64,000 nt of DNA, taken from NCBI GenBank assembly GCA_963720465.1, contig OY970393.1, positions 1,824,001 to 1,888,000 on the forward strand. Reading direction: 5' to 3'. Below are positions 42,985 to 52,934 of the stretch, piece by piece. The notes below the pieces were generated by a model. The model was not told where the DNA came from. It saw nothing but the letters and a program-made list of their open reading frames with translations, and ran no database searches. Position 1 is the first letter of the stretch; the number at the start of each line of letters is the position of its first letter. The position numbers and the translations under genes are program-made. The DNA is from Methanobacteriota archaeon (GTDB lineage Archaea > Halobacteriota > Bog-38 > Methanoflorentales > Methanoflorentaceae).

Positions 42985-43350
42985 TTACTTCGCGGACGGT
43001 TCGGGCTCCATGACGCTAAAAACGTTCCCTTCTGTGTCCTTGCAGAGGGCGAGATACCCCTGGCCCGGAACCGCCTGCTTTGGAATCATAACGTTTCCGC
43101 CTGCGTCCACGATCTTTTTCGTGAAGTCATCGACAGATGCGACGCTGATGGTGTTCACTGTCACTTGCCCAGGCCTGCGCGGCGCTATCACACCGTTGAT
43201 TCCCGGTTCTTCATCGGGTCCTGTGACAACTAGCCAGTAATCCTTGGGTCCCTCCCTCTTTGTGATGGTCCAGCCAAACACCTTCTCGTAAAACGCTATC
43301 GCCCGCTTAATGTCATCGCCAGGCAGCTCAAAAAACACTACTCGTGGCAT
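42985..43350 (-). CDS. VOC/glyoxalase family protein
   Basis: RVVFFE, FYEKVFGW, GINGVI, DTEGNVF; AAGGAG RBS. Confidence 0.93.
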   Translation of the reverse strand: MPRVVFFELPGDDIKRAIAFYEKVFGWTITKREGPKDYWLVVTGPDEEPGINGVIAPRRPGQVTVNTISVASVDDFTKKIVDAGGNVMIPKQAVPGQGYLALCKDTEGNVFSVMEPEPSAK

Positions 43351-43794
43351 TTTACACTCCTTGAAGTTAATTTTGCGAGTCTTTGTGACGCCCATACGTA
43401 TACGATTTGGCCGAGAACCGCGCACCAGAAGCGCACGAGTGCCGCGTTAAGGGCGGCATCGGTCACGGGAGAAGGAGGAACGGCTCCGACTACTGGTGAG
43501 GCGTTTCGTTTTTCTTTTTCTCTCTGTGCTCTAAACGCGATACGCGCTCGGTGAACGCGTTCTTACGCAGCTTTATGACAACGTTTTGAGCCATTGCGCC
43601 TCCGTTTTGCCGTTTGAGTGGTGACATAAGATGAACCAAGACTTGTGCATTGTTTCTGATTATAGGGATCGCGGCTCGACATTGACCGCCGCCGTCGTGC
43701 AGCACGGACCATGGTGGCGGCACCCACGGCAACGCACATTTTTGGAGTTAGGGTTTTACGTGGTGAGCTCTAAAAAATAACCAATCCGACGGTT

Positions 43795-44016
43795 GTGACT
43801 ATGAACGAACAAGAGTATTGTACAAACTGTGGGTCGGCCAATCCGACCGGAGCCACGGTGTGTGCAAACTGCGGTACGACGTTAAAGCCCAAGCGGCCGT
43901 GGTTCGGACCCAAGCGGGTTGGCTACGGGATCAGTCCCAAGACCTGGCAAGGGTGGCTCATCGTCGCCGTCTTCGTTGCCGTCGTGACCGGGATCGCCCT
44001 CTGGCTTGGCCGCTGA
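43795..44016 (+). CDS. Zinc-ribbon small membrane protein
   Basis: CTNCG...CANCG, WFGPKRVGYGISPKTWQGW, C-terminal TM. Confidence 0.85.
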   Translation: MTMNEQEYCTNCGSANPTGATVCANCGTTLKPKRPWFGPKRVGYGISPKTWQGWLIVAVFVAVVTGIALWLGR

Positions 44017-44061
44017 TGGTCCGCAGCGAGGAGATTGATAGTTTGTTCGGCGCGAGCTAAG

Positions 44062-44169
44062 CGCGAGTTAAGATGAACGCGGCTTGACAAATGGCACGTC
44101 TAGAAATGGCATCAGATAGTCTTTACGCCGAAAACCAGAAACAAGCCGCCGTAAAGTGGCTAAAAAAGC
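44062..44169 (+). repeat. Dispersed ~105-bp repeat, copy 1
   Basis: Matches the reverse complement of 56649-56754; core CCGAAAACCAGAAACAMGCCGCCGTAAAGTGGCTAAAAA. Confidence 0.8.
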
Positions 44170-44357
44170 ACATAGTAGGGGTTTGCATAGTTGTTGAAGC
44201 AGCACTCATTATGTTGTTGTTCAACCCCGCTTTGCGGGTAAACCCCGCTTCTCTGTGGTGGGGTATTTTTGTAATTCTTACTGCTTGGGCAATGGTGTTT
44301 GTTTTTGTTATCGGCGTCTTTCTGTTTCTTCAAAAAAGGAATCAGCAAGCTCAATGA
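44091..44357 (+). CDS. Small two-TM protein whose 5' part is the dispersed repeat
   Basis: Two hydrophobic helices and a basic tail; start doubtful. Confidence 0.5.
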   Translation: MARLEMASDSLYAENQKQAAVKWLKKHIVGVCIVVEAALIMLLFNPALRVNPASLWWGIFVILTAWAMVFVFVIGVFLFLQKRNQQAQ

Positions 44358-44878
44358 CTACGAAGCACATAAGAGGCGCCAAGTTCTGACCGATGCCGTC
44401 TTCAAAACGTCGTGCACGCGGTGCGACGTCGGGATCACAATGGGGTAATGATCGGCCGACCCTGGTATGTGCAAGATCGGCCATGCAGATTAAATCGATA
44501 TGGCCGCCTTTGGCGAGTAAGCACAAATGAGCACGCAAAACCCCAATCATCGCCTTGACACGCTTTGGTTTGACGTATCACGTGCGTGCCGCTCTTACTA
44601 CGGGTTTGGCTTCGTTCTAGCACAGCTTCAAGAAAAAGCTGGTCGCGCAGCACTCCGAAAGAAGAATCCGCGAAGCACAACGAGGCAGCAGTTAAGCGGC
44701 TGTAACGACGGCGGTGGAAAAAAGAAAGGCGAGCAAACCGACGTTAGATCGTTCGAATGTAGCCATTTTTTGACCATTTAGACATCGCTGCATCGTTTTT
44801 GCGGTCACGTGGGACCGAAGCATTTTTATGTCCCTTTAACGCGTCTTACCTAAAGGAAGGTTTTTACCGAGGCAACCT

Positions 44879-46351
44879 ATGCGCGCATATAAAATCGTCC
44901 CTATTTCTATAGCAGTTCTTCTCGTTACCGTGCTATTTGCGGGTGTCATCACCGTGAGTGTGGCTTCGACTCCCCTGACCCCATCCTCCGGACTCTCCCT
45001 CTCGGCCAGCACCACCGCCCCCACCGTCAAGCAGTCCGTCACCTTCACCGCCACTCTCAAGAGCGGCTCAACGGACCTGTCGTCCAAGTCCGTCACCATC
45101 TACCACTACCTCAACGGCGTCCGCTACAACGACGCCGCCAAGGCCACCAACGCCAATGGCCAGATCACCCTCACCACGAGCTTTGGCTCCGCCGGTAAGC
45201 GCACCTACTACGCCACCTTTGCCGGTGACAGCTCCTATCAAGCATCGACAAGCAGCGTCGTCACCGTCAACGTGAAGGCCGATCCCGAGCCACAACCGAG
45301 CGTTACACTCACGGCGTCCACCACCGCCCCCACCGTCAAGCAGTCCGTCACCTTCACCGCCACTCTCAAGAGCGGCTCAACGGACCTGTCGTCCAAGTCC
45401 GTCACCATCTACCACTACCTCAACGGCGTCCGCTACAACGACGCCGCCAAGGCCACCAACGCCAATGGCCAGATCACCCTCACCACGAGCTTTGGCTCCG
45501 CCGGTAAGCGCACCTACTACGCCACCTTTGCCGGTGACAGCTCCTATCAAGCATCGACAAGCAGCGTCGTCACCGTCAACGTGAAGGCCCAGAACACGGT
45601 CGACCCCCCAACCAGCACTCAAACTATCTATTACGTTCCCCAGGCGGGATCAACGTGGGTCAACCAAGGGACGGCAGGCGCCAGCTATAACGCGTACTGC
45701 AGCAATCCTGCCTCATTTCAGACCCAGTCAAATGGCTACCCCTATTGGGGTGACGACACGAGCAGTGATTTTGTCTGCATCCCGGCGGGCAGCGCAACCA
45801 ACAACCAGAACGTCGTTTCGTGGGAGATAGGGTTTCATTTCTCCGGAGTAGTGGCTGGCCAGCGCTACCAGAAAATTTGGGATAAAGCGTATGGCGGGTT
45901 CTTCATTGAAATTGACACCAATTACGGCCCTAATGCGAGTTACCTGACCCTCTACCGCGCCACGACCGGCGGCAGTGGCGCGCGGTGGTACATACCCACT
46001 ACTACGCCACTCCGCGCAGGCCACAATTACTACATTCAAATTTCGTGGAACACGAGCGCGGGCCCGGGACACGAACCGTATCCGACGATCTGGATCGGTG
46101 AGGACGGAAAAGCCCCGGTGCTTCAAACGAGCTGGGACGAGAGCGGCGGTGCTCTTGCCGGAACCGGATCGTGGTACAACGACGCAGTAGGGTCTGCGAA
46201 CCTGGGAAATACGGCGTCAGACGGTGGCCACGACACGTCGTCGAAGATTGCCCCGCTCAACGGCGGCATCTTTGTGTATCGGCAATTCAATTCAATCATT
46301 AATTTCAGCAATGGCGGAAACTGGAACACCGATAAACTGCGCTGGGCCTAG
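44879..46351 (+). CDS. Secreted protein with two identical Ig-like (Big) domains and a ConA/LamG-like C-terminal domain
   Basis: Signal peptide; SVTFTATL...TNANG...YYATFAGDSSYQAS x2; aromatic beta-rich C-terminus. Confidence 0.8.
   Translation: MRAYKIVPISIAVLLVTVLFAGVITVSVASTPLTPSSGLSLSASTTAPTVKQSVTFTATLKSGSTDLSSKSVTIYHYLNGVRYNDAAKATNANGQITLTTSFGSAGKRTYYATFAGDSSYQASTSSVVTVNVKADPEPQPSVTLTASTTAPTVKQSVTFTATLKSGSTDLSSKSVTIYHYLNGVRYNDAAKATNANGQITLTTSFGSAGKRTYYATFAGDSSYQASTSSVVTVNVKAQNTVDPPTSTQTIYYVPQAGSTWVNQGTAGASYNAYCSNPASFQTQSNGYPYWGDDTSSDFVCIPAGSATNNQNVVSWEIGFHFSGVVAGQRYQKIWDKAYGGFFIEIDTNYGPNASYLTLYRATTGGSGARWYIPTTTPLRAGHNYYIQISWNTSAGPGHEPYPTIWIGEDGKAPVLQTSWDESGGALAGTGSWYNDAVGSANLGNTASDGGHDTSSKIAPLNGGIFVYRQFNSIINFSNGGNWNTDKLRWA
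45011..45589 (+). repeat. 270-bp intragenic direct repeat (period 309)
   Basis: 45011-45280 appears identical to 45320-45589. Confidence 0.92.
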
Positions 46352-46684
46352 GGCGGTCACAGAGACCCAAGATGGCTGCGTGAGGCCGCTCCGAAGCCAG
46401 TTCGATTATTAGATCGCTTCCGCGATCCGATCACTTGTACTAGCCTGCTCAGAAAAACGTCTCCCGCAAGATCTTTTCTGCTGACAACAAATATGAAGCT
46501 CTACATAGGGATATCGCCTGTTCGCAGTTGTAGAGGCTGCGCTTGCGATGATGGATAAATGAGTGTATTTTTAGGGCGTGCTAGCGAAGCCAGAAACTAG
46601 AAGAAAAAAGTACAGAAAATGGAGCAGACAGACCCTTCCGACGCCGTGTTCTATTTTCAGGTACGAATGAGCAATAATAGCGCT

Positions 46685-47065
46685 TTACCGTGCTTTAATA
46701 ATTTGTTCCCGTAGTGCATTTTCGAACAGATCAAGGTCTTTTCGCATTCTTTCCAGCGCGGCCATAACATCGTCCACGCCGCGTAAGTTGACTCCTTTGT
46801 GCCGCTCTATTTGCGTCGCAACTTCTTCGACTTCGTTATAGAAATCCGCAAAAACCCTTTTTGCGTCGCTTGCAAGTTTCATCGCTTCATTTGGTTTTTC
46901 GTTATCGAAAAGCCGTTTGGAGGTCTGTATCATTGACACGACTTCGTTCTCTACTCTAGGCCAGCGCTTTTTCAGCACATCAAAGCGAGTTAGCCAATAG
47001 TTTCCAACTTCATCTGTGTGTCTCCAAATCATTCTAGTTCTCCGTTGTTCTTGCGTCAAATACAA
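46685..47065 (-). CDS. Helical hypothetical protein
   Basis: 126-aa charged amphipathic ORF directly downstream of the HD gene. Confidence 0.6.
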   Translation of the reverse strand: MYLTQEQRRTRMIWRHTDEVGNYWLTRFDVLKKRWPRVENEVVSMIQTSKRLFDNEKPNEAMKLASDAKRVFADFYNEVEEVATQIERHKGVNLRGVDDVMAALERMRKDLDLFENALREQIIKAR

Positions 47066-47092
47066 GAGAAAAAATGGCGAATGCGCTCCGAT

Positions 47093-48283
47093 TTAGTGAA
47101 ATCCCTCGTACACGTCGTCGAAGTTGATGCCAGCAATCGTCTTTTTGCGATAGAGCAGTTTCTTCTCTCGAACGGCGGTCTGCAATTGTGCGTTCGAAAT
47201 GCCGTTTTGCAGCGCCAGGTACGCTTCCATAAACGCCGCGAGGTCATCAGCTGCTTTGACCAGTTCTCCGTCGACCGGGTTGTAGCGGTCACGGTTGTAC
47301 GACGCGGTTATCTCATCAGAGGTTGTGTGGCATACCTGCCCGTCAATCGTCACCTTTGAGACAAACTCGTCTTCAGTAAACATCCGCATCTCGGGCTGCC
47401 ACGCCTTTGGGATGAGCCCTGGAGCGTAAATTCTGCGCTCCATCTCTTCCCTCTCAAAGTTCTTCACGAAGCGGTCCAGGCCCGTGGCCGCCCTCTTGAC
47501 GGGGCTGATGATGTCCTTGGTGAGGACTTCGGGCAGGTCGTGGAACAGCCCGGTGAAGTAGTTGTTCGCACGGCGTTTGAGACACGCGTCGATCTCGAGT
47601 GAGAACAGGTACGAGAGAATCGCCACTATGAGCGTGTGGCCGAGCACTGAGGTCCGTGGGACTCGGTAGAGTTGCCCCCATCGCACTTGAAATCGCAGGC
47701 GCCCGCACAAATCGACAAAGCTCCGATAGGTCGGGAAAAGGGCGAGGTGGCGCAGTCCTTCGACGTCAGCCAGCGCCTCCTGGCGCCTTTGCAATCCGCG
47801 ACGGATCTCCGCAATCTCGTAATCGCTCGTGTTTTCACGTTCTATGATGTCAAACTCCCACTTGGTCGCGTAGAAGTGGGCCGCCTCGAGCACCTTTCTG
47901 CTGACGGTGTCTGGTGGGCGGAAAAGGTACTCTTCAAACCGTTTGTCGAGACCGTTTAGATCAGAAATAAGTGGTGTAAAGCGCGCGTAGACCTCGCTCT
48001 TCAGCTCGTTGTACGTTTCGTCGTTTGCCTTGATCCTCTCGAAGATCTGTGGTTTCAAGTCGGTAAGGGTGAGGCGCTCGAAGTACTCAAACACGCCGCC
48101 CTCAATGACCTCGATCCAGCTGAAGCCGCCCTGATGTTCAGCAAACTTGCCAAGCACGTAGGCGATGGTCATCTTGTGTGCCTGCTTGTCCAGCTCGGTC
48201 AGGGGAATAGGGCACAGCTTGTCGTTCCAGCGGCGCATTTCAGCCGCTTGAAAAAGCTCAATGAGGAGGTCTTTTCCTATCAT
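47093..48283 (-). CDS. Tandem HD-domain phosphohydrolase (YfbR-like)
   Basis: MRRWND, ELDKQAHK, LRFQVRW, SVLGH, GLFHDLPE, DIISPVK, ADDLAAF. Confidence 0.9.
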   Translation of the reverse strand: MIGKDLLIELFQAAEMRRWNDKLCPIPLTELDKQAHKMTIAYVLGKFAEHQGGFSWIEVIEGGVFEYFERLTLTDLKPQIFERIKANDETYNELKSEVYARFTPLISDLNGLDKRFEEYLFRPPDTVSRKVLEAAHFYATKWEFDIIERENTSDYEIAEIRRGLQRRQEALADVEGLRHLALFPTYRSFVDLCGRLRFQVRWGQLYRVPRTSVLGHTLIVAILSYLFSLEIDACLKRRANNYFTGLFHDLPEVLTKDIISPVKRAATGLDRFVKNFEREEMERRIYAPGLIPKAWQPEMRMFTEDEFVSKVTIDGQVCHTTSDEITASYNRDRYNPVDGELVKAADDLAAFMEAYLALQNGISNAQLQTAVREKKLLYRKKTIAGINFDDVYEGFH

Positions 48284-48412
48284 ATTGGTTGTTTCAAATT
48301 GGTGACAAAGAGCTGTTGATCTGCTTCCATAGCTCGGAAGCATTTAGATACATCGCTAAGGAACTTTGATGGGAACAATAATCTAACGCTTCCATAAAAA
48401 AGGTGTCCCCCT

Positions 48413-48481
48413 CAATCCCTGACGGACATTCCAGGCGTAGGCAAGTCCACTGCCAGCGATTTACTTCTTATAGCAGATTAA
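48413..48481 (+). pseudogene. Helix-hairpin-helix gene fragment
   Basis: QSLTDIPGVGKSTASDL HhH motif, then stop. Confidence 0.5.
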
Positions 48482-48645
48482 GCGGGCATTCTCTGATTAG
48501 CCAGATACACGCGCTAAACCTAGTTTGTTTACACTCATAACAAATGATATCATCGATAGGCGGAATTGATTTTCAAGGCTCTTCGAAGGCTATTATATCG
48601 TTTTTCATAACTTCTGATCTTTAGAGTTAGATCTCATCTGTGACA

Positions 48646-49887
48646 CTACTGGCTCTCTAAAAACTGTTTAGACTCTAGCGCTTCCCTGGCTTTGGCATAC
48701 CTATATTCCGCCTTCTCTTGGTCTTTCTCGACACCCAGCCCGCGCTCATACATTGCCCCTAAGTTGTTCATAGCATGGGGTTCCCGGGCCTCAGCCCCCT
48801 TTTTGTACCAATAAATAGCCTGTTCATAATCCTGCTCGACGGCAAGCCCCTTTTCAAAGAACCAACCGATGTTTACATAGGCGAGGGTGTCACCTCTTTC
48901 TGCTGCCTGTATATACCAGTACAAAGCCTTTTGGTGGTCGACCTCTACTCCTAGTCCTTTGCCGTACACGACACCCAGGTTCAACATACTGAGAGAATCG
49001 TTGCCGGCTGCTGCCATTTCATAGAAACATCTAGCTGCATCGTAGTTTTGCTCAAAATGAAATCCATTCTGAAAGTACAGTCCCATGTAAAAGTATCCTT
49101 TTATCTCTCCTGAAATAGCCAGCTCTTCATAGATCTCGGCAGCCATTCTGTAATTTTTCCTGACGCCATGTCCGTAGTGATACCGGTTGCCAAGATTCAA
49201 TTTGGCCTTGAGATCTCCCAGTTTGGCAGCTTGCGTGTACCATTTCACTGCGCCTTTATCGTCCGGATTGTGTTCGTCATCCGATCCATATCCCTCGCAT
49301 ATGTTGCCAAGGTTGGTCATGGCTCGCGTGTTACCACATTCCGCTGCTTTTTCGAACCACTCGACTGCAGCTTTTAAATTACGATTGACTCCCAGACCAT
49401 TCAGATAAAGCCAGCCGATGTTGTTCATAGCCGTACTGTTACCCTCGGCGCTAGCTAACGTATAAAGTTCCATCGCCTTACTATAATCCTGGTCAAAACC
49501 ATGCCCCTTTTCAAGTCTATAACCGAGTTCTAGCAAAGCTTCGCCAGGTTTTGATTCTTGTTGCTCTTTTTTTGCCGGACCTCTACCTTCTTTCTTTTCA
49601 ACACCTCCTAATTTGCCTTCCATTACAAATGCTCGAAGCTCTTCCACACCACCTTTACGGTGGCACCATCCGCAACCGAAAGAGTTCGTTGCAGCGTTGA
49701 TGAAGAAGACATGATTCCCAGTTTTGCCGTGGATCTTCCCTGGGCACCTAGCGAACCAATAGCTGGGACCTTCACCAGTAGGTTCTGGGGAAAGCCCTAG
49801 CTCACGTGCAACCTTGATAATTTCTGTCTCAGCCTCTCGTGCCTTCTGCTTATTTTCGTCCAACTCCTTCTCGATTTTTCGTACCAT
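48646..49887 (-). CDS. Sel1-like repeat protein with N-terminal CHC2-like zinc finger (probably 5'-truncated)
   Basis: About 8 Sel1 repeats (AMNNIGWLYLNGLGV...); CP...H...FGCGWCHRKG; frame stays open upstream to ~50064 with no start codon. Confidence 0.85.
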   Translation of the reverse strand: MVRKIEKELDENKQKAREAETEIIKVARELGLSPEPTGEGPSYWFARCPGKIHGKTGNHVFFINAATNSFGCGWCHRKGGVEELRAFVMEGKLGGVEKKEGRGPAKKEQQESKPGEALLELGYRLEKGHGFDQDYSKAMELYTLASAEGNSTAMNNIGWLYLNGLGVNRNLKAAVEWFEKAAECGNTRAMTNLGNICEGYGSDDEHNPDDKGAVKWYTQAAKLGDLKAKLNLGNRYHYGHGVRKNYRMAAEIYEELAISGEIKGYFYMGLYFQNGFHFEQNYDAARCFYEMAAAGNDSLSMLNLGVVYGKGLGVEVDHQKALYWYIQAAERGDTLAYVNIGWFFEKGLAVEQDYEQAIYWYKKGAEAREPHAMNNLGAMYERGLGVEKDQEKAEYRYAKAREALESKQFLESQ

Positions 49888-50024
49888 ACTTGTGAAAGAT
49901 GACTCATCAACGATGCCCGCGACAAGAAATGCTTCAGGCCACTCAAAACCATGCCGGGCGCGGACGAATAGCTCTATGAGTTTTAAACAAGCAGTGAGCT
50001 CTTCACCTTTCCTTGTACTAGCGA

Positions 50025-50126
50025 TACGCGTATGAAAATGGAGCAGAGAAAATATTCGCCATTGCTAAGGAAAAAGAGTACACCATCGTAAGTATGAAAA
50101 ACGAATGGAACGAGATTTTCAGATGA
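50025..50126 (+). pseudogene. HAD-like hydrolase C-terminal fragment
   Basis: YAYENGAEKIFAIAKEKEYTIVSMKNEWNEIFR* matches the YAY...SMKxDW..IF ending of a HAD family. Confidence 0.6.
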
Positions 50127-50223
50127 AAGACAAACCGGAACTAACTGCTATCGATATATTGCTCGCTGATAGCGGTCAAAAGAGTAGTAGAAATCAACAA
50201 AAGAATGGTAACCTCGTTGTTCT

Positions 50224-50928
50224 TTATAGCCTCGTCGATGCAAGTAGAGCCATCAAATTGCGGACGTTTTGCTGTTCGACGACAAATCGCGGCGGAATAC
50301 TGCGTTGAATGAACCCCGATATCCCGAGCACTTCTTCCATTTCAGGAGAAAGCGCGTGCATTGGTCGCCCTCTCCTATCTGGTTTCTTTTGGCTGATCAG
50401 TATCGCTTTTTCTAACAGCCTGCTGTCCCCGGCACCGGCTACCACGACGAGATCGCGTAAGGAATTTCGGCGCTTCACGTGTGCGTTGTTACTGTACCGC
50501 TGAAGGCTTTCTGCGAGCTCAGCTTCTGATAACTTGTTAAACTCCGTGACGTTGTCCACGTCGAAATATCCGATGATGTACAGAGCTTCGTCGTATTTGG
50601 CAGTCGCAAATGGCCGCAGTCCGGCGTAGAATACGAGCAGATCTCCTTGAACGAGCTTCAGCAGGGAATAGCGCTTCAGTGTCGGATCGCCGTACGTGCA
50701 GGTGAGAAACTCGGGGTCTTCGTGCATCGGCGCGTTCTTGATGCTCGACGGAACGTAGGCTGAAAGGCGCTTCCCCCTTCTCCCAATTCTGTCGTTATAC
50801 GTCGCGGCTCCCGGCGCGGGAAAGCTCTCGGGAATTGGGACGAACTCGAACGATCCATCGTCAAATATGGGACTGAGCGTCCCTCCGCACCCCTTATCGA
50901 TACCTACGCGCAACAATAGTGCCTTCAT
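50224..50928 (-). CDS. Nmad3-like protein, copy 2
   Basis: Same motifs and same 234-aa length from MKALLL as copy 1. Confidence 0.75.
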   Translation of the reverse strand: MKALLLRVGIDKGCGGTLSPIFDDGSFEFVPIPESFPAPGAATYNDRIGRRGKRLSAYVPSSIKNAPMHEDPEFLTCTYGDPTLKRYSLLKLVQGDLLVFYAGLRPFATAKYDEALYIIGYFDVDNVTEFNKLSEAELAESLQRYSNNAHVKRRNSLRDLVVVAGAGDSRLLEKAILISQKKPDRRGRPMHALSPEMEEVLGISGFIQRSIPPRFVVEQQNVRNLMALLASTRL

Positions 50929-51103
50929 TGCAGCCATACAGGTGAGGCGTACTTCAATAAGTCTTGCCCTGGGTGGCTTTCTGAAAACCGCGGTTGCTAG
51001 CTGAAACGTGTGCCCCAGTGCAAACAAGTCGACCATCAAAAAGAAACAGTAATGAGGAGCAATGTCGTGCAACTATTCAGCGTTAAAACTAGGAGATTCA
51101 GAA

Positions 51104-51319
51104 ATGAGCAACCAACAACCAGAGCCGAGGAGGATATACGAGTCTATCGCCGTGCCGTTCGTGTGGCTCGTTTTCCTAGCGCTATGGCTATTCTATTATG
51201 CAAGCAGCTTCAGCATTCTGCAAAACATAGGTGTCGTTCTGATATCGTTCGCCGTTGCGGGGGTATTAGAGGTCCTCGTGTGGGTTCCGTGGGCCATGCA
51301 CCACGCGGACCAGCGTTAG
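51104..51319 (+). CDS. Small two-TM protein
   Basis: AGGAGA RBS; WLVFLALWLFYYA..FSILQNIG. Confidence 0.8.
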   Translation: MSNQQPEPRRIYESIAVPFVWLVFLALWLFYYASSFSILQNIGVVLISFAVAGVLEVLVWVPWAMHHADQR

Positions 51320-51433
51320 TACTCGCGCGAAGAACTGACGAAGGCAGCGCGAACAGGGCTCTGTCGCACTAGTGCACCAATGACCGCGGCATTGTTCGCC
51401 GCCAGCGAAACAATAAGAGGAGGGCGTGAAGCG

Positions 51434-51976
51434 GTGAGATGCATTGCTTTGTTGCGCGGAATCAACGTCAGCGGTCGAAAAACCGCAACTATGACGGATG
51501 TAAAAAGAGTTTTTGAATCGCTGAGTTTTGAAAATGTGAGAACGTACGCTCAGAGTGGCAACGTCATTTTCGAGTGCAGGTGTGCTGAAAAGGCAAAAAT
51601 TGCCGCGTGCGTGGAAGAAAAGTTACGCGAAACCTTTGGGTTTTCGACAGACGTACTCATCAGGACGCAGCCTGAACTCGAGACTATCATCGATAATAAT
51701 CCGCTTATCAATAGCGCAGGTGTAAGGCCGGACAAGCTGTATGTCACCTTTTTGTCAGATGCGCCAGACGAAACGGTCGCGTCAACCCTCGACATAAAAC
51801 TCGACCAAGGTGAGATGTTCGTAATTGTTGGCAAGGAAGTGTATCTCTATTGCCCGAATGGGTATGCCAGGACAAAGCTGAACAACGCTATGTTCGAAAC
51901 GAAGCTGAAAACGGCAGCAACAACGAGGAACTGGAAAACGATAAACAAATTGCTCGTCATTTCAAAATTAAGTTAG
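51434..51976 (+). CDS. DUF1697 family protein
   Basis: IALLRGINVSG, VRTYAQSGNV, TTRNWKTI. Confidence 0.95.
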   Translation: MRCIALLRGINVSGRKTATMTDVKRVFESLSFENVRTYAQSGNVIFECRCAEKAKIAACVEEKLRETFGFSTDVLIRTQPELETIIDNNPLINSAGVRPDKLYVTFLSDAPDETVASTLDIKLDQGEMFVIVGKEVYLYCPNGYARTKLNNAMFETKLKTAATTRNWKTINKLLVISKLS

Positions 51977-52050
51977 TGAGGCAACCTGGGCAATCAAGTT
52001 GGGAATTGCGCGGATCCTGTGACGCGGCGTTGGTATCGAGTTCCCAAAGG

Positions 52051-52860
52051 TTACGCGGCCCCGGCCGTTGCCTCGATTTCGAGCATGTACACGCGAATGC
52101 GTATCTGCCCGCTTCGATCTGCGGGTGACAGCTCGATGCAGCGCTGTACGACCTCGTTAAGAAAGGCGTCGCGCTTCTGCGCAGGAATCTGGTCGGTGTA
52201 TCGATGCCACGTCGATCGTGCGTATCCCTTGAGCGCGTCGGCATCCCGGTGCATTACTTCTTCGTTGACGAACTTGAAGCGCCGCAGCAGGAAGCCGGCA
52301 TCCGTAAGCAGTTGTTCGCACTCGTCTGCACTATACGTTCTACGCTGCTCGAATCCATCAAAATACGTTCTCCACGTCGGACGGTCCATAACCTCTTTTC
52401 GCGCTAGGTGCAGCGGCGACCTGATCTGTGCTGTGGCGTGTCGTTTTGCCACGATCTGAGCCGCAAAGCGCCCACCAGGCGTGAGGCTTTGCTTGATGCC
52501 GCGCAGCGCAATCGGCAGGTCTTTGATCCAGTGGAGCGACGCAAACGCGACGACGACGTCAAACTCGTTGCGGAACGTGAGCTTCGTTACGTCTCCACAA
52601 CGAAATGACAGGTTCGGATGCGCCGACGGGGGAAACATCATCCGGGCGAATCCGATCATGTCGGGGGAGGCATCAATGCCGAGCACAGAGCCATGCGGCA
52701 CGCGTGTGGCAAGCTCGGCTGTCACCTTTCCGTCGCCACAGCCGACGTCCAAGATGCGCTCGTTACCGTAGAGCCGAAGCCTTTCGAGTAATCCAAGTGC
52801 GAGGGCGTACTGTGGGTAGGAGTGCTCGTAATAGTCGACGGGGTCCCATGTCTCCGTCAT
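52051..52860 (-). CDS. Class I SAM methyltransferase (Tam-like)
   Basis: ILDVGCGDG, FDVVVAFASLHW; paralog of 5161-5949. Confidence 0.92.
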   Translation of the reverse strand: MTETWDPVDYYEHSYPQYALALGLLERLRLYGNERILDVGCGDGKVTAELATRVPHGSVLGIDASPDMIGFARMMFPPSAHPNLSFRCGDVTKLTFRNEFDVVVAFASLHWIKDLPIALRGIKQSLTPGGRFAAQIVAKRHATAQIRSPLHLARKEVMDRPTWRTYFDGFEQRRTYSADECEQLLTDAGFLLRRFKFVNEEVMHRDADALKGYARSTWHRYTDQIPAQKRDAFLNEVVQRCIELSPADRSGQIRIRVYMLEIEATAGAA

Positions 52861-52934
52861 CTGATGTGCCTCTCGACATAATAGGTCGTGTCGTCTCTTG
52901 ATTGTAACTGCGTCATAGTGATAGGTGGCACAAC

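Noticed and set aside
46685-50928. Nmad3, Sel1, HD and helical ORF as one co-oriented defence operon
   Set aside because: Opposite-strand HAD and HhH fragments interrupt the run, the Sel1 gene seems 5'-truncated and base composition differs; it looks like a mosaic
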